DNA of 64,000 nt, taken from IMG/VR virus record IMGVR_UViG_2775506835_000007, positions 13,301-77,300 of that record. One strand, given 5' to 3'. Positions within the stretch are counted from its first letter, which is position 1; the number at the start of each line of letters is the position of its first letter. The position numbers and the translations under genes are program-made. Source of the stretch: a virus (lineage: Duplodnaviria; Caudoviricetes). The notes below the pieces were generated by a model that saw only the letters and a list, made by a program, of their open reading frames with translations, was not told the DNA's origin and searched no databases. This document shows positions 18,894 to 27,207 of the stretch, one piece after another.

Positions 18894-18939
18894 CCCCGAC
18901 CCCCTCCCTGACAACTTTAATAAAGGAGGTTACTTCTGA

Positions 18940-19344
18940 ATGAAAAAGCCTGAACGTTACTTTTATCCCGCAGTTTTCACTTATGAAGCTGGACAGGAGA
19001 TCGCAGTTGTTTTCCCGGATTTGAACGCCGCCACCAGCGGGATCAATGACGACGACGCTTTAATCTCTGCTCGGGAACTGTTGGGCTGCGTCATGTATGG
19101 TCTGGAGGAAGACGGTGAAGAAATTCCTACTCCCACACCACTTACACAGGTACAGGCAAGAGAAAATGAACGCACGGCATTGATTGACGTTTATATGCCG
19201 TCAATCCGTTTAGCACAGGTAAACCGTTCCGTAAACCGTACTGTAACGCTCCCCGCATGGCTCAATGCCGCCGCTTTGGAAAAAGGCATGAACTTTTCCC
19301 AAGTATTACAGGACGCATTGCGGGAAAAGCTTAATGTCGGTTGA
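18940..19344 (+). CDS. hicB: HicB antitoxin
   Basis: YPAVF...VVFPDL...VNRTVTLPAWLN...NFSQVLQDAL. Confidence 0.93.
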   Translation: MKKPERYFYPAVFTYEAGQEIAVVFPDLNAATSGINDDDALISARELLGCVMYGLEEDGEEIPTPTPLTQVQARENERTALIDVYMPSIRLAQVNRSVNRTVTLPAWLNAAALEKGMNFSQVLQDALREKLNVG

Positions 19345-19380
19345 TGTATTTCTTGTCTCAAATGTTATTGATTAACTATT

Positions 19381-19407
19381 CCGCCGCCCTTAACTGGGCG
19401 GCTTTTC
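19381..19407 (+). terminator. Intrinsic terminator between hicB and cro
   Basis: GCCGCCC-CTAACT-GGGCGGC-TTTT. Confidence 0.7.
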
Positions 19408-19659
19408 TTATGTAGGCCTCTGATTGTCTTTTACTTCCGAACAAGCTTCTTCAAAAATATATTCAACTTCTTTTTCTGGAAAACATTTTTGTACAATTAA
19501 AAAGGCTTCGTTGAGTTTTAACGGAGATTCACGTGATAGCTTACGCCCCAAAGTTTCTCTCTTCATACCAATAGAATTTGCTATACTACCAATAGTTAAT
19601 TGCTTTCTTCCCATTTCAGCCCTAAGATTTTCAAACGCTATTTTATTTGTAGCTGGCAT
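19408..19659 (-). CDS. Cro-like HTH regulator (P1)
   Basis: FENLRAEMGRK...ETLGRKL...VEYIF; divergent from CI. Confidence 0.85.
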   Translation of the reverse strand: MPATNKIAFENLRAEMGRKQLTIGSIANSIGMKRETLGRKLSRESPLKLNEAFLIVQKCFPEKEVEYIFEEACSEVKDNQRPT

Positions 19660-19674
19660 TTTCAACCCTCCTTT

Positions 19675-19776
19675 CACTCATCGAGCGATTTATTGGTTTT
19701 ATTATAACTCAACGAGCGAAAAAGTCAATATAAAATTTGAACTTTTTCTTGCATTGAGTGATTTCTGTGATATAAT
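19675..19776. promoter_or_regulatory. Divergent cro/CI promoters and operators (P1)
   Basis: Minus TTGACT-16-TATAAT (19728-19701); plus TTGCAT-16-TATAAT (19749-19776); repeats ACTCATCGAGCG and ACTCAACGAGCG. Confidence 0.7.
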
Positions 19777-19799
19777 GCAAGAAAAGGAGGCTTTAATAC

Positions 19800-20228
19800 A
19801 TGAACAAACCAGTTCACGAAACTCTACGTGAAATAATGAATGAAAAGAATTTATCAATTGCCGAAACAGCCAGGATATGCAATTTGCCAGACTCAACAGT
19901 TAGAGGAATAATTACCAGGTTCCAAAAAAGTGTAGCCCTTGAAGTCGCATTTAAATTATCAAAAGGGTTAGGAGTCAGCTTAGAAAGATTAAACGGTGGA
20001 GAAGAACTAAAAAAATCCCCCGACCCGGAAGAACCGGAGACGGAGGATTTCGATGAAGAAGAATTTCAATTATTTTGCAAAGCGATGGTCACTCTTGGAT
20101 ACCTTCGTGAAGGTGAGGATTTTACCGACACTCAAGTTCAGGTCCTCGCTGGAATCATTCAGATTTTGGACGCTACTTTTCCGCGCTTCGCGGATGGACA
20201 ATTGGATGAGGCTCGGACCGCTGGATGA
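19800..20228 (+). CDS. CI-like repressor (P1), no S24 peptidase domain
   Basis: N-terminal XRE HTH (LSIAETARICNLPDSTVRG...LGVSLERL). Confidence 0.85.
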   Translation: MNKPVHETLREIMNEKNLSIAETARICNLPDSTVRGIITRFQKSVALEVAFKLSKGLGVSLERLNGGEELKKSPDPEEPETEDFDEEEFQLFCKAMVTLGYLREGEDFTDTQVQVLAGIIQILDATFPRFADGQLDEARTAG

Positions 20229-20267
20229 TGTATGCAGAAGCATATAAATTCTGCGTAAATTTTTCAT
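20070..20267 (-). CDS. Putative small antisense ORF overlapping CI 3' end (P1)
   Basis: GGGAGG SD plus ATG at 20267; same arrangement in P2. Confidence 0.35.
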   Translation of the reverse strand: MKNLRRIYMLLHTSSSGPSLIQLSIREARKSSVQNLNDSSEDLNLSVGKILTFTKVSKSDHRFAK

Positions 20268-20698
20268 ATGTAACCCTCCCATTATCCAAATATTAATGCT
20301 TTAGTTACCAGCCATTTAAATAAACCATTGCCTCTTCCTCCTTATTTTGTATTGGAAGAGTACCGACCGGCCGCATCAATACAATCTTCCACCCAATATA
20401 ACCTCTTTTAAGTAGCGTTTTGTGACAAGAAGCTTTAGAAATTTTATAAAAATTTCACATGTGAAACAAATCGACCATCTATTTTATTGTACAGAATAAA
20501 TAAATACTTTTTATTCCGATAACAAAAAACCGCTTCACCCTGCGCCAACAGGATGAAGCGGCAAAGGAAATGCCTGACCTGGCGGTAACCAGATCAGGCA
20601 TGAGAGACTGTTGGCGGGTAAGACCAACAGGCAGTAATAACGAAACATGCTTATTATACCTGCTTGGCTTTTCGTCGTCAATGATTGGAGGACAAAAA

Positions 20699-22207
20699 AT
20701 GAGCTTTTACGGTCCAGCATCCAAACCGCTTCGGGCTGCGGCATATGCCCGTTACAGCACAAACCGACAGACGGAAAACAGCATAGAGTACCAATTTAAT
20801 AAAATAAAAGAATATTGCCATCAAAACCGGATACAGGTGGTCTCTTACTACAGCGATGAAGGACAGAGCGGAACCAACATGGACCGTGCTGGCTTCATAG
20901 ATATGGTCGCGGCGGCGGCTCGGGGTGAATTCGACGCCGTTGTCATCTACGACATCAGCCGCGGCTCCCGTGACGTCGGTGACTGGTTCGCCTTCCGAAA
21001 GCAGATGGCCCGGCTTGGCGTGCAGGTGATCTCTGCTACACAAGAACTGGGAGACGTGACAAATCCAAATGATTTCCTCGTGGAGCTGATCACGGTCGGA
21101 TTAGGTGAGCACCAGGTACTTGACACGCGGGTCAAATCCATTGCCGGAACCACCGTGCGCGCAAAAAAAGGCCTATTCTGCGGCGGCGTCCCACCGCTTG
21201 GATACGATATTGTGGATGGTAAATACATCATCAACAACGCAGAGGCTGCCGCTGTCCGAAAAATATTTGAACTGTACGCCGCTGGAAAAGGCTACAGCGC
21301 GATCTTAGAGGCTGTAAAAGGCATAAATGGTAAACGGGGTAGTGCTTTAGGCAAAAACAGCTTATCAAGCATCCTGCGCAACGAGAGATACATAGGCGTA
21401 TACACATGGCTCAAGCGCCGCTGTAAGCTGATGAGAAAATGGGCCGGTGGAACTCCGAACCCCGATGCAGTACGAATAGAAGGGGTTATCCCACCAATCA
21501 TCGATGAAAAAACTTGGAACGAGGTGCAAAAAAGAATGAGCGATAACAAGAGACGCGCCAGCAACAAAGCAAAACAGGAATACTTGCTTTCTGGTCTAAT
21601 TGAGTGTGAAGCCTGCGGCAGTACCTACGTTGGCCACTGCTCCACCAACTCAAAAGGATACCAAACCAGAAGCTATATTTGCGGCAACAAATACCGTACA
21701 CACACCTGTACAGTAAAAAATATCAGTGCCAACGAAATTGAAGCTTTTGTGATTCAGCAATTGCAGGCGTTCTTGCTTGAGACTGACTTTGCGGAGACTT
21801 CCAGGAAAATTGCCGATCAAGTGAATTCTGCCAGCCCTGATCTGACCGCGGAGCGGCGTGAACTGAACGGTGTCATCGCCAAAATCAGCAACGGCACAAA
21901 AGCGATTTTATCCGGCATCAACTACCCGGAATTGCAAGATGAAATGGACAAGCTTCGCCTGCGTAAGTCTGAGCTGGAGGATATTATTTGGCGCACGCAA
22001 TCCAATCGCCAACCCGTCAGCGGCGATAAAATAGAAAAGCTGCTCAATGAGGCGCTGGAAACCTTACCGGCAGATCCACGCGCCGCCATCAAGCAGCTTG
22101 TAACAAAAATATACGCCCACGTCGACGGTTCATTCACCGTAAACGTAGGCGTACATATAGCTGGTTGCGGAGGTCTGCAACCAGTGGCGACCACTACTGA
22201 TTTATAG
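20699..22207 (+). CDS. Large serine integrase (P1)
   Basis: YARYST catalytic motif, recombinase domain, LLSGLIECEACG Zn ribbon, coiled coil; spans att core. Confidence 0.95.
   Translation: MSFYGPASKPLRAAAYARYSTNRQTENSIEYQFNKIKEYCHQNRIQVVSYYSDEGQSGTNMDRAGFIDMVAAAARGEFDAVVIYDISRGSRDVGDWFAFRKQMARLGVQVISATQELGDVTNPNDFLVELITVGLGEHQVLDTRVKSIAGTTVRAKKGLFCGGVPPLGYDIVDGKYIINNAEAAAVRKIFELYAAGKGYSAILEAVKGINGKRGSALGKNSLSSILRNERYIGVYTWLKRRCKLMRKWAGGTPNPDAVRIEGVIPPIIDEKTWNEVQKRMSDNKRRASNKAKQEYLLSGLIECEACGSTYVGHCSTNSKGYQTRSYICGNKYRTHTCTVKNISANEIEAFVIQQLQAFLLETDFAETSRKIADQVNSASPDLTAERRELNGVIAKISNGTKAILSGINYPELQDEMDKLRLRKSELEDIIWRTQSNRQPVSGDKIEKLLNEALETLPADPRAAIKQLVTKIYAHVDGSFTVNVGVHIAGCGGLQPVATTTDL
22161..22189. 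repeat. att junction between P1 and P2
   Basis: CTGGTTGCGGA-GG-TCTGCAACCAGTGGCG; core repeated at 63956-63968; right arm is the inverse of 63951-63966 with one mismatch. Confidence 0.92.
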
Positions 22208-22350
22208 AGACTCGCTAAAAGATTACGTACAATATCTTTCCGCGTGCGCTTAGATTTCTATATAATTAATTTAAAGAATATATTCCCAGCCTACAATCCC
22301 CTTTTTGTGTGATAAGATTTTAAAATCTTGTCATATAAAGGGGATTTTTT

Positions 22351-22917
22351 ATGTGGATATTATTGGTAGGTCCATCAGATGATAATAAAAAACACACCCA
22401 GAAAATTATCGAAGTACACAATAAATACAAGCAGTCACTTATCAGGGCGGCTTATAAGATGCTTGGGAATCGGCAGGATGCCGAAGATGCTGCAATGGCC
22501 GGTATGCAAAAATTTATAGAGAGGGCGGACGAGATATATGCAGACCCAGCAAACGCCGACGAGTCCTTTATCCGTCATAAAATATTTGATTACACCCACG
22601 ATGCGGCCCGGCTTATTTATAAAAAAAGAAAACGCCATCCGGAAATAATCTCTCTCGACGACTGCGATGATATACAAGAGATCAGGCCCGAGGGTTTTAA
22701 CGAGTGGATCATCGATATAAGCATATTGTTTAACAATTTGCCGGAACGCTACCGGGATGCTTTGGAGCTTACATATATCAAGCAAAAAGACGATGACGAG
22801 ATCGCAGAACGCCTGCATACTACCCCTGCCAATGTAAGACATTTGCGGTCACGAGGGATTGAGAAATTAAAAAATTATGTACGTATACATAATTTGAATC
22901 CTGATGATATTGTTTAG
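22351..22917 (+). CDS. ECF-type RNA polymerase sigma factor
   Basis: AYKMLGNRQDAEDA (region 2); LPERYRDAL...EIAERL...NVRHLRSRG (region 4). Confidence 0.88.
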   Translation: MWILLVGPSDDNKKHTQKIIEVHNKYKQSLIRAAYKMLGNRQDAEDAAMAGMQKFIERADEIYADPANADESFIRHKIFDYTHDAARLIYKKRKRHPEIISLDDCDDIQEIRPEGFNEWIIDISILFNNLPERYRDALELTYIKQKDDDEIAERLHTTPANVRHLRSRGIEKLKNYVRIHNLNPDDIV

Positions 22918-22928
22918 GAGGCGAACAA

Positions 22929-23636
22929 ATGGATTTCACAGAAGAGCAATGGGGAAATATTATTAACCGGATAGTTGAGGTCAATTCCGCTGCGCTTATG
23001 ATGGGCGCGGAGGATATAAAATATCCGCACCTAAAAAAAGAGCAGCAAGCCTTTGATATGGCCTTACATAGATATGATCAATCATATAAACCGCATATAA
23101 TTGCGGCTCGGGTTGGCAAGCGCGTCGCAATTGCTCTTATCGCCGCCCTCCTTGCAGCCGCAATGACAATTATGACAGTATCCGCTGCACGTGAGTGGTT
23201 TATTGACTTAATTGGAGGCATTTGGCCGGGCGAACATGTTACCGCTGGCATGCTACCGGAGGACGAGCTACCAAAATTTGCGGTATACTCTCCCGCGTAC
23301 ATGCCAGACGGATATGAATTAGCGGAACGAGATGTAAATGATCTGCACCGTTTGGCGCACCAAACATATTACCGTGGCGGGGATGAAAAACTAGAGATAA
23401 AAATAAGTCATTACCAAAGAGGCAACCTAAAGTATGATCATTCCGGCGATGAGGTCGGATATGTCTACATTAACGGGGACAAATCCACTTATAGCCGTAA
23501 AGGTGAGCGCCAAATGCTGGGCTGGTCTGACGGATTAAATTTTTACCGAGTAACGTGCTATGATCCGGATGTGAGCAAGGACGATCTGATCAAAATTGCG
23601 GAGAGTCTCGCCCCGGAGCCAGTGGGTGAACAATAA
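22929..23636 (+). CDS. Anti-sigma factor, DUF4367-like, single TM
   Basis: KRVAIALIAALL...VSAAREWF TM; PAYMPDGYEL...INGD...W...DDLIKIAES. Confidence 0.82.
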   Translation: MDFTEEQWGNIINRIVEVNSAALMMGAEDIKYPHLKKEQQAFDMALHRYDQSYKPHIIAARVGKRVAIALIAALLAAAMTIMTVSAAREWFIDLIGGIWPGEHVTAGMLPEDELPKFAVYSPAYMPDGYELAERDVNDLHRLAHQTYYRGGDEKLEIKISHYQRGNLKYDHSGDEVGYVYINGDKSTYSRKGERQMLGWSDGLNFYRVTCYDPDVSKDDLIKIAESLAPEPVGEQ

Positions 23637-23697
23637 TCTTTTGGTTATCCTCTTTGCCCGCCGGGCATAATACCCGTAGATTGGCGGTGATACTATC

Positions 23698-23892
23698 ATG
23701 GCCCTGTCAGAGCAAGAATTAAAAGAACTTTTGCAAAAACACAAGGATGAGATAATAGACGACAGCCTCAAAAATTTGCCCCCGGACAAAGACCTAAAAA
23801 AGATGTACCCGGTACCTGATGATTTTGATACTAAAATATTAAAGCTGCTCTCAGATGCTGCGGATATGCGCAAAAATAAAAAATCCCCCTGA
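23698..23892 (+). CDS. 64-aa protein resembling an anti-sigma cytoplasmic domain
   Basis: LKNLPPDKDLKKMYPVPDDFDTKILKLL. Confidence 0.5.
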   Translation: MALSEQELKELLQKHKDEIIDDSLKNLPPDKDLKKMYPVPDDFDTKILKLLSDAADMRKNKKSP

Positions 23893-23899
23893 CAGGCCG

Positions 23900-24124
23900 T
23901 TATGGCTTATCGGGGGGATTTTCTTCATCTACATATTCCATTAGATCGCCAGGCTGACACTGCAAAACCCGACATAATTTATTTATTGTCTTCGCGTCCA
24001 GACCGCCGGTGTGCCTTCGCAATGCGGTTAATGTACCCTGCCCAATCAGTTTTTCATCTCTTATGCGGGTTGCACTGTATCCTTTATCCTTTAAGAGCAT
24101 AAATAGTTTATCGTATTTAATCAC
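23900..24124 (-). CDS. Small Cro/C1-type HTH regulator
   Basis: IKYDKLFMLL...TINKLCRVLQCQPGDLMEY. Confidence 0.88.
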   Translation of the reverse strand: MIKYDKLFMLLKDKGYSATRIRDEKLIGQGTLTALRRHTGGLDAKTINKLCRVLQCQPGDLMEYVDEENPPDKP

Positions 24125-24158
24125 TTGATCACCTCTATATTATCTTATCAAATGTTCA

Positions 24159-24246
24159 GCACAAAATCAAGTGCATTTTGTACACTTTAAAGCACTTAAC
24201 TTTGTGCCATACGTCAATTGCTTCGCACAAAGTTAAGTGCTATAAT
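24159..24246 (+). promoter_or_regulatory. Strong promoter with three GCAC-N8-GTGC operators
   Basis: Sites 24159-24174, 24192-24207, 24225-24240; TTGCTT(24218)-17-TATAAT(24241). Confidence 0.8.
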
Positions 24247-24281
24247 ATAGATAGACCAAAAGAGAAACGGAGGAATCAAAA

Positions 24282-24551
24282 ATGAAAGGAAATATAATCA
24301 GTCTCAGCACAGATCGCATTCCGTCCTCATACCGCTTTGTCAAAGTAATTGGAGAAGATGGCGCGTTTTACGATTTATCCCCTCTTCGCGAGGTAAAAAA
24401 GCACATTGCGAGGTTGACGAATAAAGGATATTCGGCCTCCGTAGTTAAACGGAACAGCGTCCCGCCGTGTATCTTCCGCGACTTTAGCTGTAGCTTAGGC
24501 ACGTATTCAGAGTGCCGATTAAACAATGGCACCAATTTTTATTTTAATTAA
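24282..24551 (+). CDS. Small hypothetical protein (anti-defence candidate)
   Basis: GGAGG SD, first gene after the operator-controlled promoter. Confidence 0.65.
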   Translation: MKGNIISLSTDRIPSSYRFVKVIGEDGAFYDLSPLREVKKHIARLTNKGYSASVVKRNSVPPCIFRDFSCSLGTYSECRLNNGTNFYFN

Positions 24552-24566
24552 CAGGAGGGAACCAAA

Positions 24567-24893
24567 ATGAAAGAAATCAAAACAGTCACCATCTACCGCT
24601 GTACATCTGAGTCACGGTGTCAGTTCGGAAGGCAGGATGCTTTTACCCTGGATGAGCCGCAGAATATCAGCCGCATCTGGTACGACCCGGAAGAATATAT
24701 CCTCCCCGATGGCTTTGAGGTCGCGGAGTGTGTTGACGGCAGTAGTGCCATCTACAACACCGCCGGAGAGCACTGCATTTTAACCGCTGGCTACAACAAC
24801 CAGCCGGTTTTGATCGACACAACTGGCATCCACGCAATTAAAAATGCCGCTGCCCTGCGGGAACAGGACAACGGCGAAGCGGCCGGCAAGTAA
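24567..24893 (+). CDS. Small acidic hypothetical protein (anti-defence candidate)
   Basis: AGGAGG SD, 108 aa. Confidence 0.7.
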   Translation: MKEIKTVTIYRCTSESRCQFGRQDAFTLDEPQNISRIWYDPEEYILPDGFEVAECVDGSSAIYNTAGEHCILTAGYNNQPVLIDTTGIHAIKNAAALREQDNGEAAGK

Positions 24894-24950
24894 ACACACA
24901 AAACCGGGCCGTGTTTATTATAGCACGGCCCGGCCTATGGAGGCAAGAAT

Positions 24951-25787
24951 ATGCGCAAAAAAGCAGCTATCTACATAAGGGTATCGACGCTTGATCAAGC
25001 GCGGGAGGGGTATTCTCTGTCGGCACAAGAAAGGGCTCTGCGAAAATGGTGCGAGGATCACGGGTATGGTGTCTATTTTGTTTATGCCGATGAAGGAATT
25101 AGCGGAAAGGATATAGAGCATCGTCCTGGTATGAAGCGGCTCTTAAAAGACATTGAAAATAAATGTTTTAATCTTGTCGTAGTTTGGTCTTTGAGCCGGT
25201 TTACCCGTTCCGTAGCTGATCTCTATGATACACTGGGCGTGCTGCAAAAATGTAGTATAACTTTCGTCAGCTTGACCGAGTCGTTTGATACGGGCACCGC
25301 AATGGGCCGAGCGATGGTGGGGGTCTGCGGTGTGTTCGCCCAACTAGAACGGGAATTGACAGCAGAGCGCGTAAGCGCCGCAATGGGAGAACGCGCCGCA
25401 CAGGGTAAACGAACATGCCACGATGTTTTAGGCTACGATCTTGACGGAAAAGACAGCCTCAGAATTAATGAACGCGAGGCCGAACGAGTGCGGTACGTAT
25501 TCAAAAAATATCTTGAATACAAAAACCTATCCGCCGTGGCCGAACTTTGCAGGCTCAAAGGGTATACGGGCAAACGCGGTAAAGTTCAAACCGCTGAGAG
25601 TGTTCGCAAAATATTGACCCGTCCGATATATGCGGGGTATAACAGTTACCGTGGAAAAATATACAAAGGAAATCACCCCGCGATTATTAGCGTTGAATCG
25701 TATAATAAAGTACAACACATACTAGGGAAATCAGTCGCCGGAAGGCGCTTACAACGTCCGTATGAAAAACTAAACACCAAAATATAA
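24951..25787 (+). CDS. Second serine recombinase (catalytic plus recombinase domain, no Zn ribbon)
   Basis: AAIYIRVSTLDQ, DEGISG...RPG, LSRFTRS, FAQLERE, GNHPAII. Confidence 0.9.
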   Translation: MRKKAAIYIRVSTLDQAREGYSLSAQERALRKWCEDHGYGVYFVYADEGISGKDIEHRPGMKRLLKDIENKCFNLVVVWSLSRFTRSVADLYDTLGVLQKCSITFVSLTESFDTGTAMGRAMVGVCGVFAQLERELTAERVSAAMGERAAQGKRTCHDVLGYDLDGKDSLRINEREAERVRYVFKKYLEYKNLSAVAELCRLKGYTGKRGKVQTAESVRKILTRPIYAGYNSYRGKIYKGNHPAIISVESYNKVQHILGKSVAGRRLQRPYEKLNTKI

Positions 25788-25793
25788 AAAACA

Positions 25794-25843
25794 AAAGCCC
25801 CCTAACCTGCATTTTGGAAAAAACAGGTTGGGGGGCTCTTTTT
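25794..25843. terminator. Bidirectional intrinsic terminator
   Basis: AAAAGCCCCCTAACCTG...CAGGTTGGGGGGCTCTTTTT between convergent operons. Confidence 0.65.
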
Positions 25844-25887
25844 GTCTCCGGGATAGATGGAGACAGTTATATTATACTCCCGTCGAG

Positions 25888-26076
25888 TCACAGATCGCTA
25901 CAGGTAATTTGTGGCATTTGCTTATGTACACTGTGTTTCACGCGGTCGCACACTTCCGCACGTTTTGCGTCATTGAACCGCTCGACCGTACCTACCAAGT
26001 ATCCGGTAATCCTGCGTATTCGGTCAAACGGCACACCTTTTCCGACCATCCCGTGATCGTCTACGCGTGGGTTCAT
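25888..26076 (-). CDS. Stand-alone class III ribonucleotide reductase (NrdD) C-terminal glycyl-radical peptide
   Basis: FDRIRRITGYLVGTVERFNDAKRAEVCDRVKH. Confidence 0.8.
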   Translation of the reverse strand: MNPRVDDHGMVGKGVPFDRIRRITGYLVGTVERFNDAKRAEVCDRVKHSVHKQMPQITCSDL

Positions 26077-26306
26077 GGCGCTACCTCTTGTCCGGTCGTA
26101 ACGATGTTGTAGGCTGTGCGATAAGCTGTTAGCTCATTGCTTTCATTTTCAATCGGAATATCGGTCTCCTTGTACATTCGTCCGCTGCTCAGAGGATCGA
26201 TAGCCTCCGAATACCGTGCGCCGTCGCGCTCAATATAGCAGCTGATGGTTGAGTACGTGCGATCGTACTGCTTTCCATCAATGGCGATAGTCTCTGTCTT
26301 GATCAT
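26073..26306 (-). CDS. Small phage protein (fibre-chaperone-like)
   Basis: RTYS...YSEAIDP...YKETDIPIE; coupled to the LRR gene. Confidence 0.65.
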   Translation of the reverse strand: MIKTETIAIDGKQYDRTYSTISCYIERDGARYSEAIDPLSSGRMYKETDIPIENESNELTAYRTAYNIVTTGQEVAP

Positions 26307-26965
26307 GTTGTACCTCCACAGATCTCTGGATAATCTTCAATGGCGCGGAATTTAGAACTAAACGTGCCCCAATTTGTAGCTGATTTATACCTATCCAATA
26401 AGTCGCTAGGAACATAAATGTATCCACCACTTGACCGTATAGGAGTATTTGTAAATGCGTTAGAATTAACAAGTTTGCATAAGCTTTTTGATCTAAAAAT
26501 AAAAATATTGCAAACCTTACACCCGTAAAATGCATACTCGCTTATTTCCTGTGCTTCATGAAAATCTATTTCTGCAAGGGCAACACACTGACGAAATGCA
26601 GATTTTCCAACGTTCAGCGCTACAGAAAAACGAGCCGTAGCAAGTTTTTCACAACCATAAAAAGCACTTTCGCCAACGTTTTCCGCTATGCTGTTAATAT
26701 TTTCAACACTCCTATTAATTATCGCATCTGCAATTCCACTATCTCCGCCGCTGGCCTGCATGGTTCCCGTCACCAGTCCCGCAGTAGTGATCGCCTTTTT
26801 ACCGGCTGCAATGTCAGCGGCGGTTGCGTCAGCTTGACTTTTCGCCGTCTGCCAGCCGGATATGGCCGTGTCGATCTCCGCGCCGGTGTACGCAAGTGGA
26901 TAAGCGTCCCCGTCGACGCCCCCAACGCCGCCTGGCCCAGCGGCACGTGTTGTGTTGTTACTCAT
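26303..26965 (-). CDS. BspA/LRR_5-type leucine-rich repeat virion protein
   Basis: ATAADIAAGK fibre motif; VGESAFYGCEKL, VGKSAFRQC, ISEYAFYGC; IYVPSDLLDRYKSATNW. Confidence 0.8.
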   Translation of the reverse strand: MSNNTTRAAGPGGVGGVDGDAYPLAYTGAEIDTAISGWQTAKSQADATAADIAAGKKAITTAGLVTGTMQASGGDSGIADAIINRSVENINSIAENVGESAFYGCEKLATARFSVALNVGKSAFRQCVALAEIDFHEAQEISEYAFYGCKVCNIFIFRSKSLCKLVNSNAFTNTPIRSSGGYIYVPSDLLDRYKSATNWGTFSSKFRAIEDYPEICGGTT

Positions 26966-27207
26966 TCCAGTTGCCTCCCTAAGTCCAGCAGCCATCCCAG
27001 CGCCGCATCAATCTCCGTATCTGTGTAATTCAGCAGATAATCCTTTTTGTCGGCGGTGTGCAGCTCCATGCCGTCGCTGTCCGCGAGGATGTACCCCATG
27101 TACTCCATCAGCACGCCGTATTCTTCCGCGCCGATGGTAATTTGATACTGTGTCCCGGCATTTACTATCTGCGGTTCGATTTTTGCGGATATGATTTTAA
27201 CGGACAT
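26962..27207 (-). CDS. Small structural protein
   Basis: IISAKIEPQIVNAG (like the C-terminus of the Ig protein); YTDTEIDA motif. Confidence 0.65.
   Translation of the reverse strand: MSVKIISAKIEPQIVNAGTQYQITIGAEEYGVLMEYMGYILADSDGMELHTADKKDYLLNYTDTEIDAALGWLLDLGRQLE

Larger units (their letters stand above)
1..22173. mobile_element. Prophage P1 (pac/SPP1-type head, contractile tail), left part outside window
   Basis: Minus-strand terminase-portal-MuF-scaffold-capsid-sheath-tube order, cro/CI switch, serine integrase ending at the att core CTGGTTGCGGAGG (22161-22173). Confidence 0.95.

Noticed and set aside
20570-20698. N-terminal extension of the P1 integrase given by the ORF track
   Set aside because: GGAGG SD and alignment with Int2 favour ATG at 20699; the extension overlaps hairpins.
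22162-22173. Second tRNA gene at the P1/P2 junction
   Set aside because: Only the last 12 nt of tRNA-Met are present; it is the att core.
22351-25787. Host chromosomal genes lying between two prophages
   Set aside because: The attP arm at 22174-22189 places this block inside P2.
25888-26076. Functional nrdD gene or frameshifted remnant of one
   Set aside because: Upstream DNA encodes unrelated virion proteins; only the C-terminal loop exists.
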